The notes beneath the pieces were generated by a model. It was not told where the DNA came from and did no database searches. It saw only the letters and a list, made by a program, of their open reading frames with translations. A stretch of DNA of 64,000 nucleotides from Actinobacteria bacterium UBA4426 (GTDB lineage Bacteria > Actinomycetota > Actinomycetes > S36-B12), in the NCBI GenBank assembly GCA_002390705.1, contig DGQA01000005.1, positions 52,623 through 116,622 on the forward strand, read 5' to 3'. Below, piece by piece: positions 46,758 to 57,483 of this stretch (the stretch's first letter is position 1; each line of letters opens with the position of its first letter). Both the position numbers and the translations under genes were made by a program.

Positions 46758-48641
46758 CTACGCCTTGGTCTTTCGACCGGAACGTTGGCGCTCGCCAGCG
46801 TCAAGGGTCACTTTGCGGATCCGGACCGCCGCAGGGGCGACCTCAACACATTCGTCCTCCCGGCAGAACTCAAGTGCCTGCTCAAGTGAGAGTTGCTTGT
46901 GGGGGATGAGTGGAACCAAGACGTCTGCTGAAGATTGACGCATATTGGTCAGCTTCTTTTCCTTGGTGGGGTTTACGTCCATGTCATCACTGCGCGAGTT
47001 CTCGCCCACAACCATGCCTTCGTAGACCTCTGTGCCTGGCCCAACAAACAGGGTTCCGCGCTCTTGAAGGTTTGCCAGGGCAAATCCCGTGGTGGGTCCG
47101 GTTCGGTCGGCGACCAGTGCGCCGGTTGGGCGGGTGCGTAAGTCACCAAACCATGGTCCGTAATTGTCAAAGACGTGGTGCAGCAGTCCGGTTCCGCGCG
47201 TTTCGGTGAGGAATTCAGTCCGGAAGCCAATTAACCCTCGGGCAGGGACGAGGTAGTCCATGCGGACCCAGCCAGTCCCGTGGTTGATCATTTGCTCCAT
47301 GCGGCCCTTGCGGAGAGCCATCAGCTGTGTGACGACGCCCAAGTAGTCCTCGGGGATATCAACCGAGAGGCGCTCAACGGGTTCGTGAAGCTTGCCATCA
47401 ATGACTCGGGTGACCACTTGGGGTTTACCCACGGTTAGTTCAAAGCCCTCTCGCTTCATCATTTCGACCAAAATTGCTAGCTGGAGTTCGCCACGGCCTT
47501 GTACTTCCCACGTATCCGGGCGTTCCGTGGGAAGCACTCGAATCGAAACGTTACCGATCGTTTCATCCCGCAAACGCTCCTTCACCATGTTGGCGGTTAA
47601 CTTGGTTCCACCACTACGACCGGCCACAGGCGATGTATTAATTCCGATTGTCATGGAGATCGAGGGTTCATCAACAGTGATCACGGGCAAAGCAATGGAA
47701 TTCTCTGGGTCAGCCAATGTGTCACCAATTGTGATTTCGGGGAAACCCGCGACCGCGATGATGTCACCGGGTCCGGCGCTCTCCGCTGGGACCCGACTCA
47801 ACGCCTCGGTCATGAGGAGTTCTACAACCTTCATGCGGGTAGACGTTCCATCCGCTTGCATCCAGGCAATCTGCTGGCCCTTGGTAATCGTGCCCTGATG
47901 AACGCGGCATAGGGCTAAGCGACCCAAGTATGGGGATGCGTCAAGGTTGGTTACGTGCGCCTGCAGTGGTGCGCCTTCGATGTAGGTCGGAGCCGGCACG
48001 GTCTCGATGAGAGTCTTAAATAATGGCTCAAGATCTTCCTCCTCTGGCATCCCACCGTTCGCGGTGCGAGTCAACGAAGCACGACCCGCTTTCGCGCTGG
48101 TGTACACAATGGGAAAGTCGATTTGAATTTCATTCGCGTCAAGGTCAAGAAAAAGTTCATAGGCTTCGTCTACGACTTCGGCGATCCGCGAGTCTGGCCG
48201 GTCTACCTTATTAATAACAAGAACTACCGGAAGGTTTTTCTGGAGTGCTTTTCGCAGGACAAATCTGGTCTGTGGGAGGGGACCCTCTGAAGCATCGACA
48301 AGCAAAACTACGCCGTCGACCATTTCCAGTCCACGCTCTACCTCGCCACCGAAGTCAGCGTGACCCGGTGTGTCAATAATGTTGAAGGTAATTCCTTCAA
48401 GGGCAGATGGGCCGGTGTAGCGAACGGAGGTGTTTTTGGCCAGGATCGTGATCCCTTTTTCGCGCTCAAGATCCATAGAGTCCATGACTCGCTCATCTAC
48501 ATCCTGATTATCGCGGAATGCACCGGACTGCCAGAGCATGGCATCCACGAGGGTAGTTTTGCCATGGTCGACGTGGGCAATGATGGCAACATTGCGTAAA
48601 TCTGAGCGTAAAGTCACCTGCGAAGAATAGGCCGGTATCAC
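46758..48641 (-). CDS. typA: Translational GTPase TypA/BipA
   Basis: It has the G-domain motifs AHVDHGKTT, DTPGH and NKVD. Length is 627 aa. Confidence 0.95.
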   Translation of the reverse strand: MIPAYSSQVTLRSDLRNVAIIAHVDHGKTTLVDAMLWQSGAFRDNQDVDERVMDSMDLEREKGITILAKNTSVRYTGPSALEGITFNIIDTPGHADFGGEVERGLEMVDGVVLLVDASEGPLPQTRFVLRKALQKNLPVVLVINKVDRPDSRIAEVVDEAYELFLDLDANEIQIDFPIVYTSAKAGRASLTRTANGGMPEEEDLEPLFKTLIETVPAPTYIEGAPLQAHVTNLDASPYLGRLALCRVHQGTITKGQQIAWMQADGTSTRMKVVELLMTEALSRVPAESAGPGDIIAVAGFPEITIGDTLADPENSIALPVITVDEPSISMTIGINTSPVAGRSGGTKLTANMVKERLRDETIGNVSIRVLPTERPDTWEVQGRGELQLAILVEMMKREGFELTVGKPQVVTRVIDGKLHEPVERLSVDIPEDYLGVVTQLMALRKGRMEQMINHGTGWVRMDYLVPARGLIGFRTEFLTETRGTGLLHHVFDNYGPWFGDLRTRPTGALVADRTGPTTGFALANLQERGTLFVGPGTEVYEGMVVGENSRSDDMDVNPTKEKKLTNMRQSSADVLVPLIPHKQLSLEQALEFCREDECVEVAPAAVRIRKVTLDAGERQRSGRKTKA

Positions 48642-48680
48642 ATTTCCATTTCACATGGGTCATAAACGCTACAATTCGGC

Positions 48681-49547
48681 ATGCTTTTGATCCGCCAGCT
48701 TCGCGCCCACTCGGTCTTCGCACTCGACCCACAGGGTCCGATTCCTGCAATTCCTAGGGATACGGACTTCTGGTCGATTACTAAAACCTATGACGAACTT
48801 TCCTTGGTCTGCGTTACTGGTGAGGCACCAAAAGTCGGCGTCATCGAGCGCTCAGATAATTGGTGCGCGTTTCGAGTGGCCGGAACCATGGAGTTCACTC
48901 TTACCGGGATCGTCGCCCAAATCTCACAAGTCCTCGCCGACGCACACCTTGGTGTTTTTGTTATGAGCACATTTGACACCGACTTCATTCTCGTCGCTTC
49001 ACTTGACGTGGACGCTGCCGTAGACAAGTGGCGCGAAGCAGGTATCGAAGTCGTTGAACCACTTCACCAGACAAGTCGCTTGGACTTTATTGATTTTAAT
49101 TATGAACTAGAAGATATCGCCTTTAACAATCGTCAGGGTAAGACCTGGGTTAACGACTACCCCACCAAAGGCGACACCATGATTGCGAACCTTTCGTTAA
49201 ATGCCCAGCTTGACTCTCCACCAGAAGTTCCCCTGTATTTTGCATTGCGATCACGATCAACTGGACTCGCAATCGGCAGTATTGGCTTTAGGGGCGAGCA
49301 CATTAGCGGTGGCACTCATGCATTGGAGATTGGTTACGAGTTGGTCGATAGCGAGCGCTCAAAAGGACTCGGAACTGAGGCAATCGCGGGTCTCATAGAA
49401 ATCGCGCGCGCAAGAGCGGTAACGCAACTATGTGCCAAAACCGATCCACTCAATATCCCGAGTCAAAAAGCTCTTGCACGAAATGGTTTTGTTGAGCTCC
49501 CAGGGACCGGTGCGGAAATCACGTGGGAATTTTCAATCCCAGATTAA
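48681..49547 (+). CDS. ACT-domain / GNAT N-acetyltransferase fusion protein
   Basis: The N-terminal ~125 aa resemble the ACT_7/CASTOR-type ACT fold (FRVAGTMEFTLTGI...FVMSTFDTDFILV). The C-terminal half has a GNAT core (GKGLGTEA). Confidence 0.55.
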   Translation: MLLIRQLRAHSVFALDPQGPIPAIPRDTDFWSITKTYDELSLVCVTGEAPKVGVIERSDNWCAFRVAGTMEFTLTGIVAQISQVLADAHLGVFVMSTFDTDFILVASLDVDAAVDKWREAGIEVVEPLHQTSRLDFIDFNYELEDIAFNNRQGKTWVNDYPTKGDTMIANLSLNAQLDSPPEVPLYFALRSRSTGLAIGSIGFRGEHISGGTHALEIGYELVDSERSKGLGTEAIAGLIEIARARAVTQLCAKTDPLNIPSQKALARNGFVELPGTGAEITWEFSIPD

Positions 49548-49580
49548 CTTTTGGGCCAATTAGCTGAGTAACCTTGGACT

Positions 49581-50522
49581 ATGAGCACCCATGTTTTTGG
49601 AAGCGTATTGGATTCAATTGGAAACACTCCTCTTGTTCATCTCGGGCAAATGTCACCTGTCGGTGGTGCGGCGATCTACCTGAAACTCGAATACATGAAC
49701 CCCACCGGTTCTAAAAAGGACCGCATGGCTCTGGCAATGATTGAAGGGGCCGAGGAACGAGGCCACCTGACACCTGGAATGAGCGTCGTCGAATACTCCG
49801 GAGGAAGTACTGGCACCGCGTTGGCACTAATTTGCAGTGTAAAAGGGTATCGATTTCGCTTGGTGACCTCGGATGCTTTTTCCCAAGAGAAGATCCACAT
49901 GATGCGCGCACTTGGTGCCGAACTGGAAATCATTGAAGCCCATGACGGGGGTATCACCGGAACCTTGATCCAAGCCATGGTGGATCGGGCAGCTGAGATC
50001 GCGCTGGAACCAGGAACTTTTTACACCGATCAACTGAACAACCCTGACATGGTCAATGGGTTCGAGAAACTCGGAACAGAATTCCTCGAGGCGCTCGGCA
50101 CAGATGGGATTACGGCCATGTGTGACACGGTGGGTACCGCAGGCACGTTAATGGGGGCGTCGCAAGCCTTTCGCAAAGCCGGGGCTCAGGTTGAATTAAT
50201 TGCCCTTGAACCGGCGTCTTCTCCGATTCTTAGCAGTGGCGTAAAAGGATCCCATCGGGTGGAAGGTGTCGGATTGGGCTTTGTCCCCGCACAACTTGAC
50301 CCAAAAAATTACGACCGGGTCATGACAATTGACGAGGAAACAGCTCGAGAAACCTCCCGCAAACTTGCCCGTAAAGAGGGAATATTTGCCGGAACGTCCA
50401 CCGGTATGAACGTAGCCGGCGCAATTGCAATCGCTCAGGCATTGGGGCCAAATGACACCGTGGTCGCAGTTGCCTGTGACACTGGGATCAAATATCTCAG
50501 TGAAGGTTTATTTGACGCCTAA
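49581..50522 (+). CDS. PLP-dependent cysteine synthase family protein (CysK/CysM/CBS-like)
   Basis: It has the PLP-lysine region NPTGSKKDR and the GGSTGT and GTAGT loops. Length is 313 aa. Confidence 0.8.
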   Translation: MSTHVFGSVLDSIGNTPLVHLGQMSPVGGAAIYLKLEYMNPTGSKKDRMALAMIEGAEERGHLTPGMSVVEYSGGSTGTALALICSVKGYRFRLVTSDAFSQEKIHMMRALGAELEIIEAHDGGITGTLIQAMVDRAAEIALEPGTFYTDQLNNPDMVNGFEKLGTEFLEALGTDGITAMCDTVGTAGTLMGASQAFRKAGAQVELIALEPASSPILSSGVKGSHRVEGVGLGFVPAQLDPKNYDRVMTIDEETARETSRKLARKEGIFAGTSTGMNVAGAIAIAQALGPNDTVVAVACDTGIKYLSEGLFDA

Positions 50523-50541
50523 CAGACAAACGGATCAATGT

Positions 50542-51615
50542 TTATACGTTGAAGCGGAACTCCACCACATCGCCATCGGCCATGATGTAGTCCTTGCCTT
50601 CAATGCGAACTTTGCCGCGTGACTTTGCCTCACTCATAGATCCGGCCCCCATCAGTTCGTCAAAAGATACAACTTCAGCTTTAATAAAGCCTTTTTGGAA
50701 ATCGGTATGGATAACGCCAGCGGCTTCTGGGGCGGTTGCATTGTGGGGAATTGTCCAGGCGCGCGCTTCCTTTGGGCCGGCCGTGAGATAAGTCTGAAGT
50801 CCTAGAGCGTCAAAGCCCACCCGGGCCAACGCGTTTAGACCCGATTCAGTTTGCCCAACTGATTGCAACAGTTCCAGCGCTTCTTCATCAGATATCTCAA
50901 CTAATTCAGATTCAATTTTTGCGTCCAAGAAAACCACCTCAGCGGGAGCAAGAAGTTCCTTCATTTCTTTCCGAAAATTATCATTGGACAACTCTTCTTC
51001 GTCGGCGTTGACCACGTACACAAATGGTTTGGCTGTGAGCAAGAAAAGTTCACGAATCGGTTCTGAATCGAAACTCACACCAAACAGAGTCTTGCCACTG
51101 TTGAGAATCTCTTGGGCTTTCTCTGCGGCCTCTAACACAACCGCCCTGGACTTATCGAGTCGGAGTTCTTTTTCCAGCCTTGGAATCGCTTTTTCAAGAG
51201 TTTGCATGTCGGCCAGAATCAATTCGGTATTGATAGTTTCCATGTCCTCTTTTGGAGAGACCCGACCTTCCACATGCACAACATCGTCATCAGTGAAAGC
51301 CCGCAGAACCTGGCAGATAGCGTCAGACTCACGGATATTTGCAAGGAACTTGTTGCCAAGACCAGCACCTTCGGATGCACCTTTCACAATGCCAGCAATA
51401 TCAACGAACGTCACACTGGCCGGGATAACTCTTTCAGAACCGAACACTTTGGCTAACTCATTGAGCCTGGGATCGGGCACGCCAACCATGCCCGTGTTGG
51501 GCTCAATAGTTGCGAAGGGGTAATTCGCGGCAAGGACATTGTTCTTTGTCAATGCATTAAACAGTGTTGATTTCCCCACATTGGGCAGTCCGACGATTGC
51601 TAAAGTTAATCCCAC
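50542..51615 (-). CDS. ychF: Redox-regulated ATPase YchF
   Basis: It begins with GLPNVGKSTLFNAL (P-loop) and has a TGS-like C-terminus. The start is placed at GTG 51615, giving 357 aa. The track ORF is 50 aa longer. Confidence 0.9.
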   Translation of the reverse strand: MGLTLAIVGLPNVGKSTLFNALTKNNVLAANYPFATIEPNTGMVGVPDPRLNELAKVFGSERVIPASVTFVDIAGIVKGASEGAGLGNKFLANIRESDAICQVLRAFTDDDVVHVEGRVSPKEDMETINTELILADMQTLEKAIPRLEKELRLDKSRAVVLEAAEKAQEILNSGKTLFGVSFDSEPIRELFLLTAKPFVYVVNADEEELSNDNFRKEMKELLAPAEVVFLDAKIESELVEISDEEALELLQSVGQTESGLNALARVGFDALGLQTYLTAGPKEARAWTIPHNATAPEAAGVIHTDFQKGFIKAEVVSFDELMGAGSMSEAKSRGKVRIEGKDYIMADGDVVEFRFNV

Positions 51616-51679
51616 AGCCGCGAGTCTAGATTGAGCATCAATCAACCTAAATGTCGGTCGTACATGCGAGTATCGGGGT

Positions 51680-52750
51680 GTGGATTCAGTAGTACTAATT
51701 ATCGTGGTAATTGCACTCGTTTTCTCGGGTGTTGGGATGGGATATTTCTTGGGAACCCGTAGCAATCACTCCTCGGGTGTGCCCGAACTGCAATCGGGCT
51801 TGAGTTCACTTTCTGATGCAATCGACCGGATCACATCTTCGGTGTCCGCCCAGCAAGTCTCTTCTGCACAGTCTTCGGCAGCCCTGCGTGCCGAATTAAC
51901 CCAATCACTTGCACATCAGTCCGAAAACTTGCTTCGCTCAGTCTCGGAGGTTAAGTCACAAGCCCAACAGCTCAGTACCGTGCTCAGCCGGTCCGGTGCC
52001 CGCGGGCAGTGGGGTGAAATGGAACTCACCCGGTTGGTTGAGGCAGCCGGCATGATTAACCGGGTTCATTTTCTTGATCAAAACACGATTGACAGTGCTG
52101 AGGGTCGTTTGCGGCCGGACCTACAAGTCATGCTCTCCAATGGCAGGTGCATTTTAATTGATGCGAAGACCCCGATGGATTCATTTCTGCGCACTGCCGG
52201 AAACCAGTCAGAGGAAAACATTGAAGTCCTGATGAACGCACACGCTGAAGCCGTCATCCGACACATCGAACAACTCGGCCGAAAGGGATATAGCGCGGAA
52301 GTTCGTGAGTCGGTTGATTTTGTGGTGATGTTCCTTCCCTCCGAGGCGTTGCTCGAAGCCGCACTGAACCAGCGGCCCGACCTGCTTGACTTCGCATTTA
52401 GTCGCAATATCGTGCCCGCCACACCCACCACTTTGTTTGCACTACTGCGCGCCGTGTCCCTGGGTTGGCAAAACAGTGACATGGTCGAGCAAGCCCAAGA
52501 CATTGTTCGGCTCTCCCAAGACATGTACTCACGCCTTGACACTGTTCTCGCCCACTTCGCCAGCCTCGGCAAATCACTCGGGGCTGCCGTGAGCCACTAC
52601 AACAGTGCCGTGCGTTCAATTGAAACCAGGCTTAGGCCAACCGGTCGGGCATTAACCGATCTCGGTGTTCGGGGCGTCAAGAACGAGAGCGAGCTCACGC
52701 AGACCCCAACCCTAGAAGTGTTAGCATCCGAACTCCCCGAATCGGATTAG
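51680..52750 (+). CDS. rmuC: DNA recombination protein RmuC
   Basis: It has an N-terminal TM segment and coiled coil, followed by the RmuC nuclease-like core (IDAKTPMD...VMFLPSE). Confidence 0.85.
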   Translation: MDSVVLIIVVIALVFSGVGMGYFLGTRSNHSSGVPELQSGLSSLSDAIDRITSSVSAQQVSSAQSSAALRAELTQSLAHQSENLLRSVSEVKSQAQQLSTVLSRSGARGQWGEMELTRLVEAAGMINRVHFLDQNTIDSAEGRLRPDLQVMLSNGRCILIDAKTPMDSFLRTAGNQSEENIEVLMNAHAEAVIRHIEQLGRKGYSAEVRESVDFVVMFLPSEALLEAALNQRPDLLDFAFSRNIVPATPTTLFALLRAVSLGWQNSDMVEQAQDIVRLSQDMYSRLDTVLAHFASLGKSLGAAVSHYNSAVRSIETRLRPTGRALTDLGVRGVKNESELTQTPTLEVLASELPESD

Positions 52751-52763
52751 GTAGCCTATTGCA

Positions 52764-53408
52764 ATGACTGACCAACCCGGCGAAGAATATGAGGCGCTCT
52801 TTCGCCCCGAAGAGCCCGCGGCTGAACCTGTGGTGGCCCAGATCACTGAAACCGGACGCGTTTTCAAAAGCCAAGGCGTACACGAAAATGAAGAAGCATT
52901 ACTCGCCCTTCCCACAAGTAGAGCCAGTAAATTGCGAACACTTGAGCGCGTCAATTCGCCGGCGCTAGAGCAGTCCGGACAAATCCCATCGCCCAAATCC
53001 TCGAGAGATGAGCGTGCCCGCCGATCACGACGCGGTGTCGTTTTCGGAGCGCTCAATGCTCTCTGGATTTACGGAATCACGGTCGGCGCAACCCTGATTT
53101 TTGGTCTGGCCGACGTTCTCATCTTCGGTGGCGAACCTGGAGCTCTCGCTGGGTTTGGACTCTTCGCAGTCTCAGTCTTCGCGAGTCTCGCAGTTCGCTC
53201 ACAGGACGATTCCCAAGCCATATTCGCGCCTGCCATTGCTTTTTTTGTCATGGCGATGACTGTTGGTCAAATCAACGTGACCGATACTTCCCTCATGAAT
53301 CGATTCGTCACCGTGTTTTTCACATTGGGAAATAATTGGCTCTGGGTGATTGGGTCCACTATTGTCGCCCTTGGCGTAGTTGCCTTTCGCCGCCGATCAT
53401 TTCGCTAA
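52764..53408 (+). CDS. Membrane protein with a disordered N-terminus (DUF6542-like)
   Basis: An acidic or disordered stretch of ~95 aa is followed by four TM segments. No enzymatic motif was seen. Confidence 0.4.
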   Translation: MTDQPGEEYEALFRPEEPAAEPVVAQITETGRVFKSQGVHENEEALLALPTSRASKLRTLERVNSPALEQSGQIPSPKSSRDERARRSRRGVVFGALNALWIYGITVGATLIFGLADVLIFGGEPGALAGFGLFAVSVFASLAVRSQDDSQAIFAPAIAFFVMAMTVGQINVTDTSLMNRFVTVFFTLGNNWLWVIGSTIVALGVVAFRRRSFR

Positions 53409-53409
53409 A

Positions 53410-54372
53410 TCACTGAGTCGCAGCTGCTTTAATATCCCGCCGTAACTCTGGTGGAAGGGCAAACATCAACGTCTCTTCAGCGGTATTCACTTCCTCGCAG
53501 TCACTAAAACCCTGCTCGGCCAACCAATCAATAACTTCTTGTACGAGAAGTTCCGGCACTGATGCCCCACTCGTCACCCCAACCGTTAACACGCCTTCAA
53601 CCCACTCGCTTTGCAATTCACGGAAACTGTCTACCCGGTAAGAAGCTTGTGCCCCAGCGTCCAGGGCCACTTCAACCAGGCGTACTGAATTAGACGAGTT
53701 CCCCGAACCGACCACGATTACGAGGTCACAATTTGGAGACATCGCCTTAACCGCAGTTTGCCGATTCTGGGTTGCGTAACAAATATCGTCACTTGGTGGA
53801 CTCGCCATCTCAGGGAACCGCTCTTTGAGTACGTTGACAGTTTGGATAGTTTCATCGACCGAGAGGGTCGTTTGGGACAGCCAAATGAGTTTCTCTGGAT
53901 CTTTAACTTCCAAATGACGAGCTTCTTCGGGGTTCTGGACCAAGGTTATGGACTTCGGGGCTTCCCCCATGGTCCCCTCAACCTCTTCATGTCCTTCGTG
54001 ACCAATCAAAATAATATCGAGCCCCTCACTGGAAAACCGCCTGGCTTCAGCGTGAACTTTGGTCACCAGTGGACAGGTCGCGTCAATCGTCTTTAAGGAG
54101 CGATCGGCGGCCACTTGATGCACACTCGGAGAAACTCCATGTGCGGAAAAAACAACCGTTGAACCTTCCGGTACCACATCAAGTTCATCAACAAAAATTA
54201 CGCCACGGTCCTCGAGCGATTGCACTACGTACCTGTTGTGGACGATTTCTTTGCGAACATAGAGCGGAGCGCCGTACAGATCCAATGATTTCTCGACAGT
54301 GAGGATAGCCCGGTCAACTCCCGCGCAATATCCACGAGGGGCAGCCAAAAGAACTTTTTTTTCTGAAGCCAT
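53410..54372 (-). CDS. ispH: 4-hydroxy-3-methylbut-2-enyl diphosphate reductase
   Basis: It has the conserved motifs [22 protein letters not shown], and HEGHEEVEG. The start is at ATG 54372. Confidence 0.95.
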   Translation of the reverse strand: MASEKKVLLAAPRGYCAGVDRAILTVEKSLDLYGAPLYVRKEIVHNRYVVQSLEDRGVIFVDELDVVPEGSTVVFSAHGVSPSVHQVAADRSLKTIDATCPLVTKVHAEARRFSSEGLDIILIGHEGHEEVEGTMGEAPKSITLVQNPEEARHLEVKDPEKLIWLSQTTLSVDETIQTVNVLKERFPEMASPPSDDICYATQNRQTAVKAMSPNCDLVIVVGSGNSSNSVRLVEVALDAGAQASYRVDSFRELQSEWVEGVLTVGVTSGASVPELLVQEVIDWLAEQGFSDCEEVNTAEETLMFALPPELRRDIKAAATQ

Positions 54373-54431
54373 GCCTCTATCGTAGGCCCATATCCTAGGT
54401 AGAGCACCCGCTGTCCGCTTAGGCTGCGCAG

Positions 54432-55577
54432 GTGACCTTGCAGACTTCGGAACAATCACCCGCTCCAGTGCGAGTGATCTCCAACCTGCTGCACGACTAC
54501 ATCAACCGCTTAAGCTCCATTTGGATCGAAGGACAGGTCGCCCAATACCGTGTCCGACCCGGCGCCAATGTCCAGTTCCTTACTCTGCGTGATACCGATG
54601 CTGAGTTTTCACTCAAAATAATGGTTAACTCAGCACTCATCGGAGCAATGGACCCGCCCCTAGCCGAGGGTCAACGAATAGTTATTTTTGGCCGGTGCGA
54701 TTTTTGGCCCAAACAAGGTTCACTGCAAGTCGTCGCACGCGAAATTCGAGCCGTTGGCCTCGGTGAACTACTCGCCCAGTTAGCTGCTTTAAAGGAGAAG
54801 TTAACCGCCGAGGGGCTCTTCGCCCCCGGACGCAAGAAGCCACTGCCTTTTCTCCCTGATCGAATTGGTCTCATTACCGGCCGCCAGAGTGATGCGATGC
54901 ATGACGTGCTCACCCACACGAAGGAACGCTGGCCCCGGGCGGACTTTGAGATCCGCGAAGTTGCCATCCAGGGGGTCAATGCTGTTGGCGAAGTCACCGC
55001 AGCATTACAAGAACTCGACACTCTTGAACTCGACGTGATCGTCATCGCTCGAGGAGGTGGCAGCATGGAAGATCTGCTGCCATTTAGCAACGAAGCTTTG
55101 ATCCGGGCCGTAAGCATTGCCGGCACGCCAGTCGTTAGTGCGATTGGACACGAGCAGGACACTCCATTGCTCGACTTTGTTGCGGACCTGCGGGCTTCCA
55201 CACCCACCGACGCTGCCAAACGGATCGTGCCTTCTGTCGTTGAAGAACGGAGGAATCTCGCCGAACTTCGTGCTCGCAATCTGAGGGCGATCGCAAATTT
55301 ACTTAACATAAATAAATTGAAATTACATGAGTTGCGCAATCGCTTGACCCAGCGGGTTACCCATCGCATTGATGCAGAATTGGCCACCGTCACACACCTT
55401 CGCGCACAGATCCGCGCCCTGTCCCCTGCCGCCACTTTAGAACGTGGTTACGCAATTGTTCAGGGTGTAAAAGGTGAAATTATCCGTAATCAAGCCCAGG
55501 TTGGCGTCGATCAAGAAGTGCAGATCCGGGTCAGCGTCGGCGAATTTTCGGCTACACGAAATGACAACAAGAAGTGA
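54432..55577 (+). CDS. xseA: Exodeoxyribonuclease VII large subunit
   Basis: It has an OB-fold N-terminus (IWIEGQV) and the catalytic-region motif IARGGGS.EDL. Its partner xseB follows. Confidence 0.9.
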   Translation: MTLQTSEQSPAPVRVISNLLHDYINRLSSIWIEGQVAQYRVRPGANVQFLTLRDTDAEFSLKIMVNSALIGAMDPPLAEGQRIVIFGRCDFWPKQGSLQVVAREIRAVGLGELLAQLAALKEKLTAEGLFAPGRKKPLPFLPDRIGLITGRQSDAMHDVLTHTKERWPRADFEIREVAIQGVNAVGEVTAALQELDTLELDVIVIARGGGSMEDLLPFSNEALIRAVSIAGTPVVSAIGHEQDTPLLDFVADLRASTPTDAAKRIVPSVVEERRNLAELRARNLRAIANLLNINKLKLHELRNRLTQRVTHRIDAELATVTHLRAQIRALSPAATLERGYAIVQGVKGEIIRNQAQVGVDQEVQIRVSVGEFSATRNDNKK

Positions 55578-55586
55578 GGAATTACC

Positions 55587-55778
55587 GTGGAAAAAAATGA
55601 CGAGCTGGGATATGAACAAGCGCGTGACGAATTAGCAAGCATTACGGCGCAACTTGAAGGTGGGGGCCAAAGCCTTGAAGAGTCACTAGCCCTCTGGGAA
55701 AAAGGTGAAGCCTTGGCTCAAGTGTGCGAAAAATGGCTCAACACTGCCAGCGAACGGATTACTCCACCAGAGGAGTAG
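55587..55778 (+). CDS. xseB: Exodeoxyribonuclease VII small subunit
   Basis: 63 aa. It has the motif YEQARDELASITAQLEGG..SLEESLALWEKGEAL. Confidence 0.9.
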   Translation: MEKNDELGYEQARDELASITAQLEGGGQSLEESLALWEKGEALAQVCEKWLNTASERITPPEE

Positions 55779-56331
55779 ACGCCAACGAGGCTACGGCAGC
55801 TTCAAGTTCTGCCGCAGAAACGGTTCCGCTGAGAACCGTTGTCGAATCCGGTGTCACGTGTACAAAAGCCCGCGAATCAGATCCATCAAAGACCAACCAA
55901 TCCTGACCGGCTATTGATTTTTCACCTTCTGCCGTAATCCCTGCGATTTCATTGATCAGATATTCCTCATTTGATGCGGCGGACTGCGTGATTTCCAGGT
56001 ATTCCTCTTCTGCTGTCACGTAGCCCACATGCCACACGGGGTCATTTTGTGAATACTTTGTTGGCTCCCAACGTGCACTCGTTGCTCGTAGTCCAGCAAT
56101 TTGCGGGACCAGAACAGGGAAATCAGCTTGCGAATTAGCAAATGCGAGTAGAGGGATCGGATCAATTTCACGCACTGGATCCGGGGTTGGACGCCAAGTG
56201 ACCAGCATTATTGCGCCGATCACACCCAGCACAATAGCGAGGGAAAGCACCATGTCACTCACGGTTTGACCCATTCGGGCATTTGGCTTTCCGGTGGGAA
56301 TTGGCGCGCTCACCCCCCCATCATGGATCAT
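55759..56331 (-). CDS. DUF4245 domain membrane-anchored protein
   Basis: The motif [19 protein letters not shown] is followed by a periplasmic domain. Its position between xseB and glpX is conserved. An alternative start is ATG 56274. Confidence 0.65.
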   Translation of the reverse strand: MIHDGGVSAPIPTGKPNARMGQTVSDMVLSLAIVLGVIGAIMLVTWRPTPDPVREIDPIPLLAFANSQADFPVLVPQIAGLRATSARWEPTKYSQNDPVWHVGYVTAEEEYLEITQSAASNEEYLINEIAGITAEGEKSIAGQDWLVFDGSDSRAFVHVTPDSTTVLSGTVSAAELEAAVASLASTPLVE

Positions 56332-56372
56332 TTCGCCTGCCGTTGCTCACCCAACACCGCTACGCTACGGCC

Positions 56373-57383
56373 ATGAGCGCAGATCAAGTTGGTGGTACCG
56401 CGGTACCCGAGCGGAATCTGGCCCTTGAATTAGTACGCGCTACGGAGGCCGCCGCCATGGCAGCGGCCCGCTGGGTGGGGCGTGGCGACAAAAACGGGGC
56501 TGACGGAGCCGCCGTAAATGCCATGCGAACCCTGGTCAGCGGTGTTTCCATGAACGGAATCGTTGTCATTGGTGAAGGCGAAAAGGACAAAGCCCCCATG
56601 CTGTTCAACGGCGAAAGCATCGGCGATGGTAGCGGCGCGGCCGCCGACGTTGCCGTGGACCCCATCGACGGCACCACCTTAGCCGCTAAGGGGATGCCCA
56701 ACGCAATTTCTGTTATTGCGGTCGCCGAACGTGGGACCATGTTCGACCCGAGTGCTGTCTTCTACATGGAAAAACTAGTGGTGGGACCTGAAGCGGCGGG
56801 ATCAATCGACATTGAAGCACCGACCGCTTGGAATCTTGAGAAAATTGCCAAAGCTAAAGGTGAGTCGGTTTCTGAATTGACCGTGTGTCTGTTGGATCGA
56901 CCACGGCACGAAGGTCTCGCTCGTGAGATCCGCGAAGCCGGTGCCCGCATTAAATTCATAGTCGATGGTGACGTGGCCGGCGCCGTGATGGCTGCGCGGC
57001 CCGATACTGGAATTGACGTTCTCATGGGGATTGGCGGAACGCCCGAAGGGATCATTGCCGCTTGCGCCATGACCGCTCTGGGTGGGGAAATCCAAGGGAA
57101 ACTGTGGCCGACCAATGATCAAGAGCGCGATCGCGCAATTAATGCGGGACATGACCTGAGCAGAATCCTTGGTACTCGAGATCTCGTCACTGGGAACAAC
57201 AACTTCTTCTGCGCTACCGGGATTACTGACGGTGAACTTCTGCAAGGGGTTCGGTACAGCCCCCAAGGTCCCACCACGAATTCGATTGTAATGCGGAGCG
57301 CGAGCAAAACAATCCGTGAAATCAAAAGCGAGCACCATTACGCGCCTAACTCCCAATACTCAACTGTGAACACTCAATTCTGA
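56373..57383 (+). CDS. glpX: Class II fructose-1,6-bisphosphatase
   Basis: It has [28 protein letters not shown] and DPIDGT motifs. The start is at ATG 56373. Confidence 0.95.
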   Translation: MSADQVGGTAVPERNLALELVRATEAAAMAAARWVGRGDKNGADGAAVNAMRTLVSGVSMNGIVVIGEGEKDKAPMLFNGESIGDGSGAAADVAVDPIDGTTLAAKGMPNAISVIAVAERGTMFDPSAVFYMEKLVVGPEAAGSIDIEAPTAWNLEKIAKAKGESVSELTVCLLDRPRHEGLAREIREAGARIKFIVDGDVAGAVMAARPDTGIDVLMGIGGTPEGIIAACAMTALGGEIQGKLWPTNDQERDRAINAGHDLSRILGTRDLVTGNNNFFCATGITDGELLQGVRYSPQGPTTNSIVMRSASKTIREIKSEHHYAPNSQYSTVNTQF

Positions 57384-57426
57384 GCACTCAACTGTGAACA
57401 CTCAATTCTGAGCACTCAACTGTGGA
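57357..57426. repeat. Tandem repeat (14-nt unit x5, equivalently 28-nt unit x2.5) spanning the glpX stop codon
   Basis: The sequence reads (t/c)actcaactgtgaa cactcaattctgag cactcaactgtgaa cactcaattctgag cactcaactgtgga. The first copy encodes the last 8 residues of GlpX and its TGA. Confidence 0.9.
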
Positions 57427-57483
57427 CTGTTGATTCCTATGCCTGCGAGAGTTCCCTAGCCCCCACGGGCCTAGGCTGTTGCC

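Noticed and set aside
54671-55435. A 254-aa ORF antisense to xseA.
   Set aside because: It has a Ser/Arg/Ala-rich low-complexity composition typical of shadow ORFs opposite a real gene in GC-rich DNA. It has no motifs, and xseA on the other strand has clear family signatures. The same reasoning applies to the many other 60-190-aa antisense or out-of-frame track ORFs, for example 56802..57356, 7225..7614 and 33178..33645.
57357-57426. The tandem repeat considered as a mini-CRISPR array.
   Set aside because: The units are contiguous with 14/28-nt periodicity and no spacers. There is no palindromic repeat core and no cas genes nearby.
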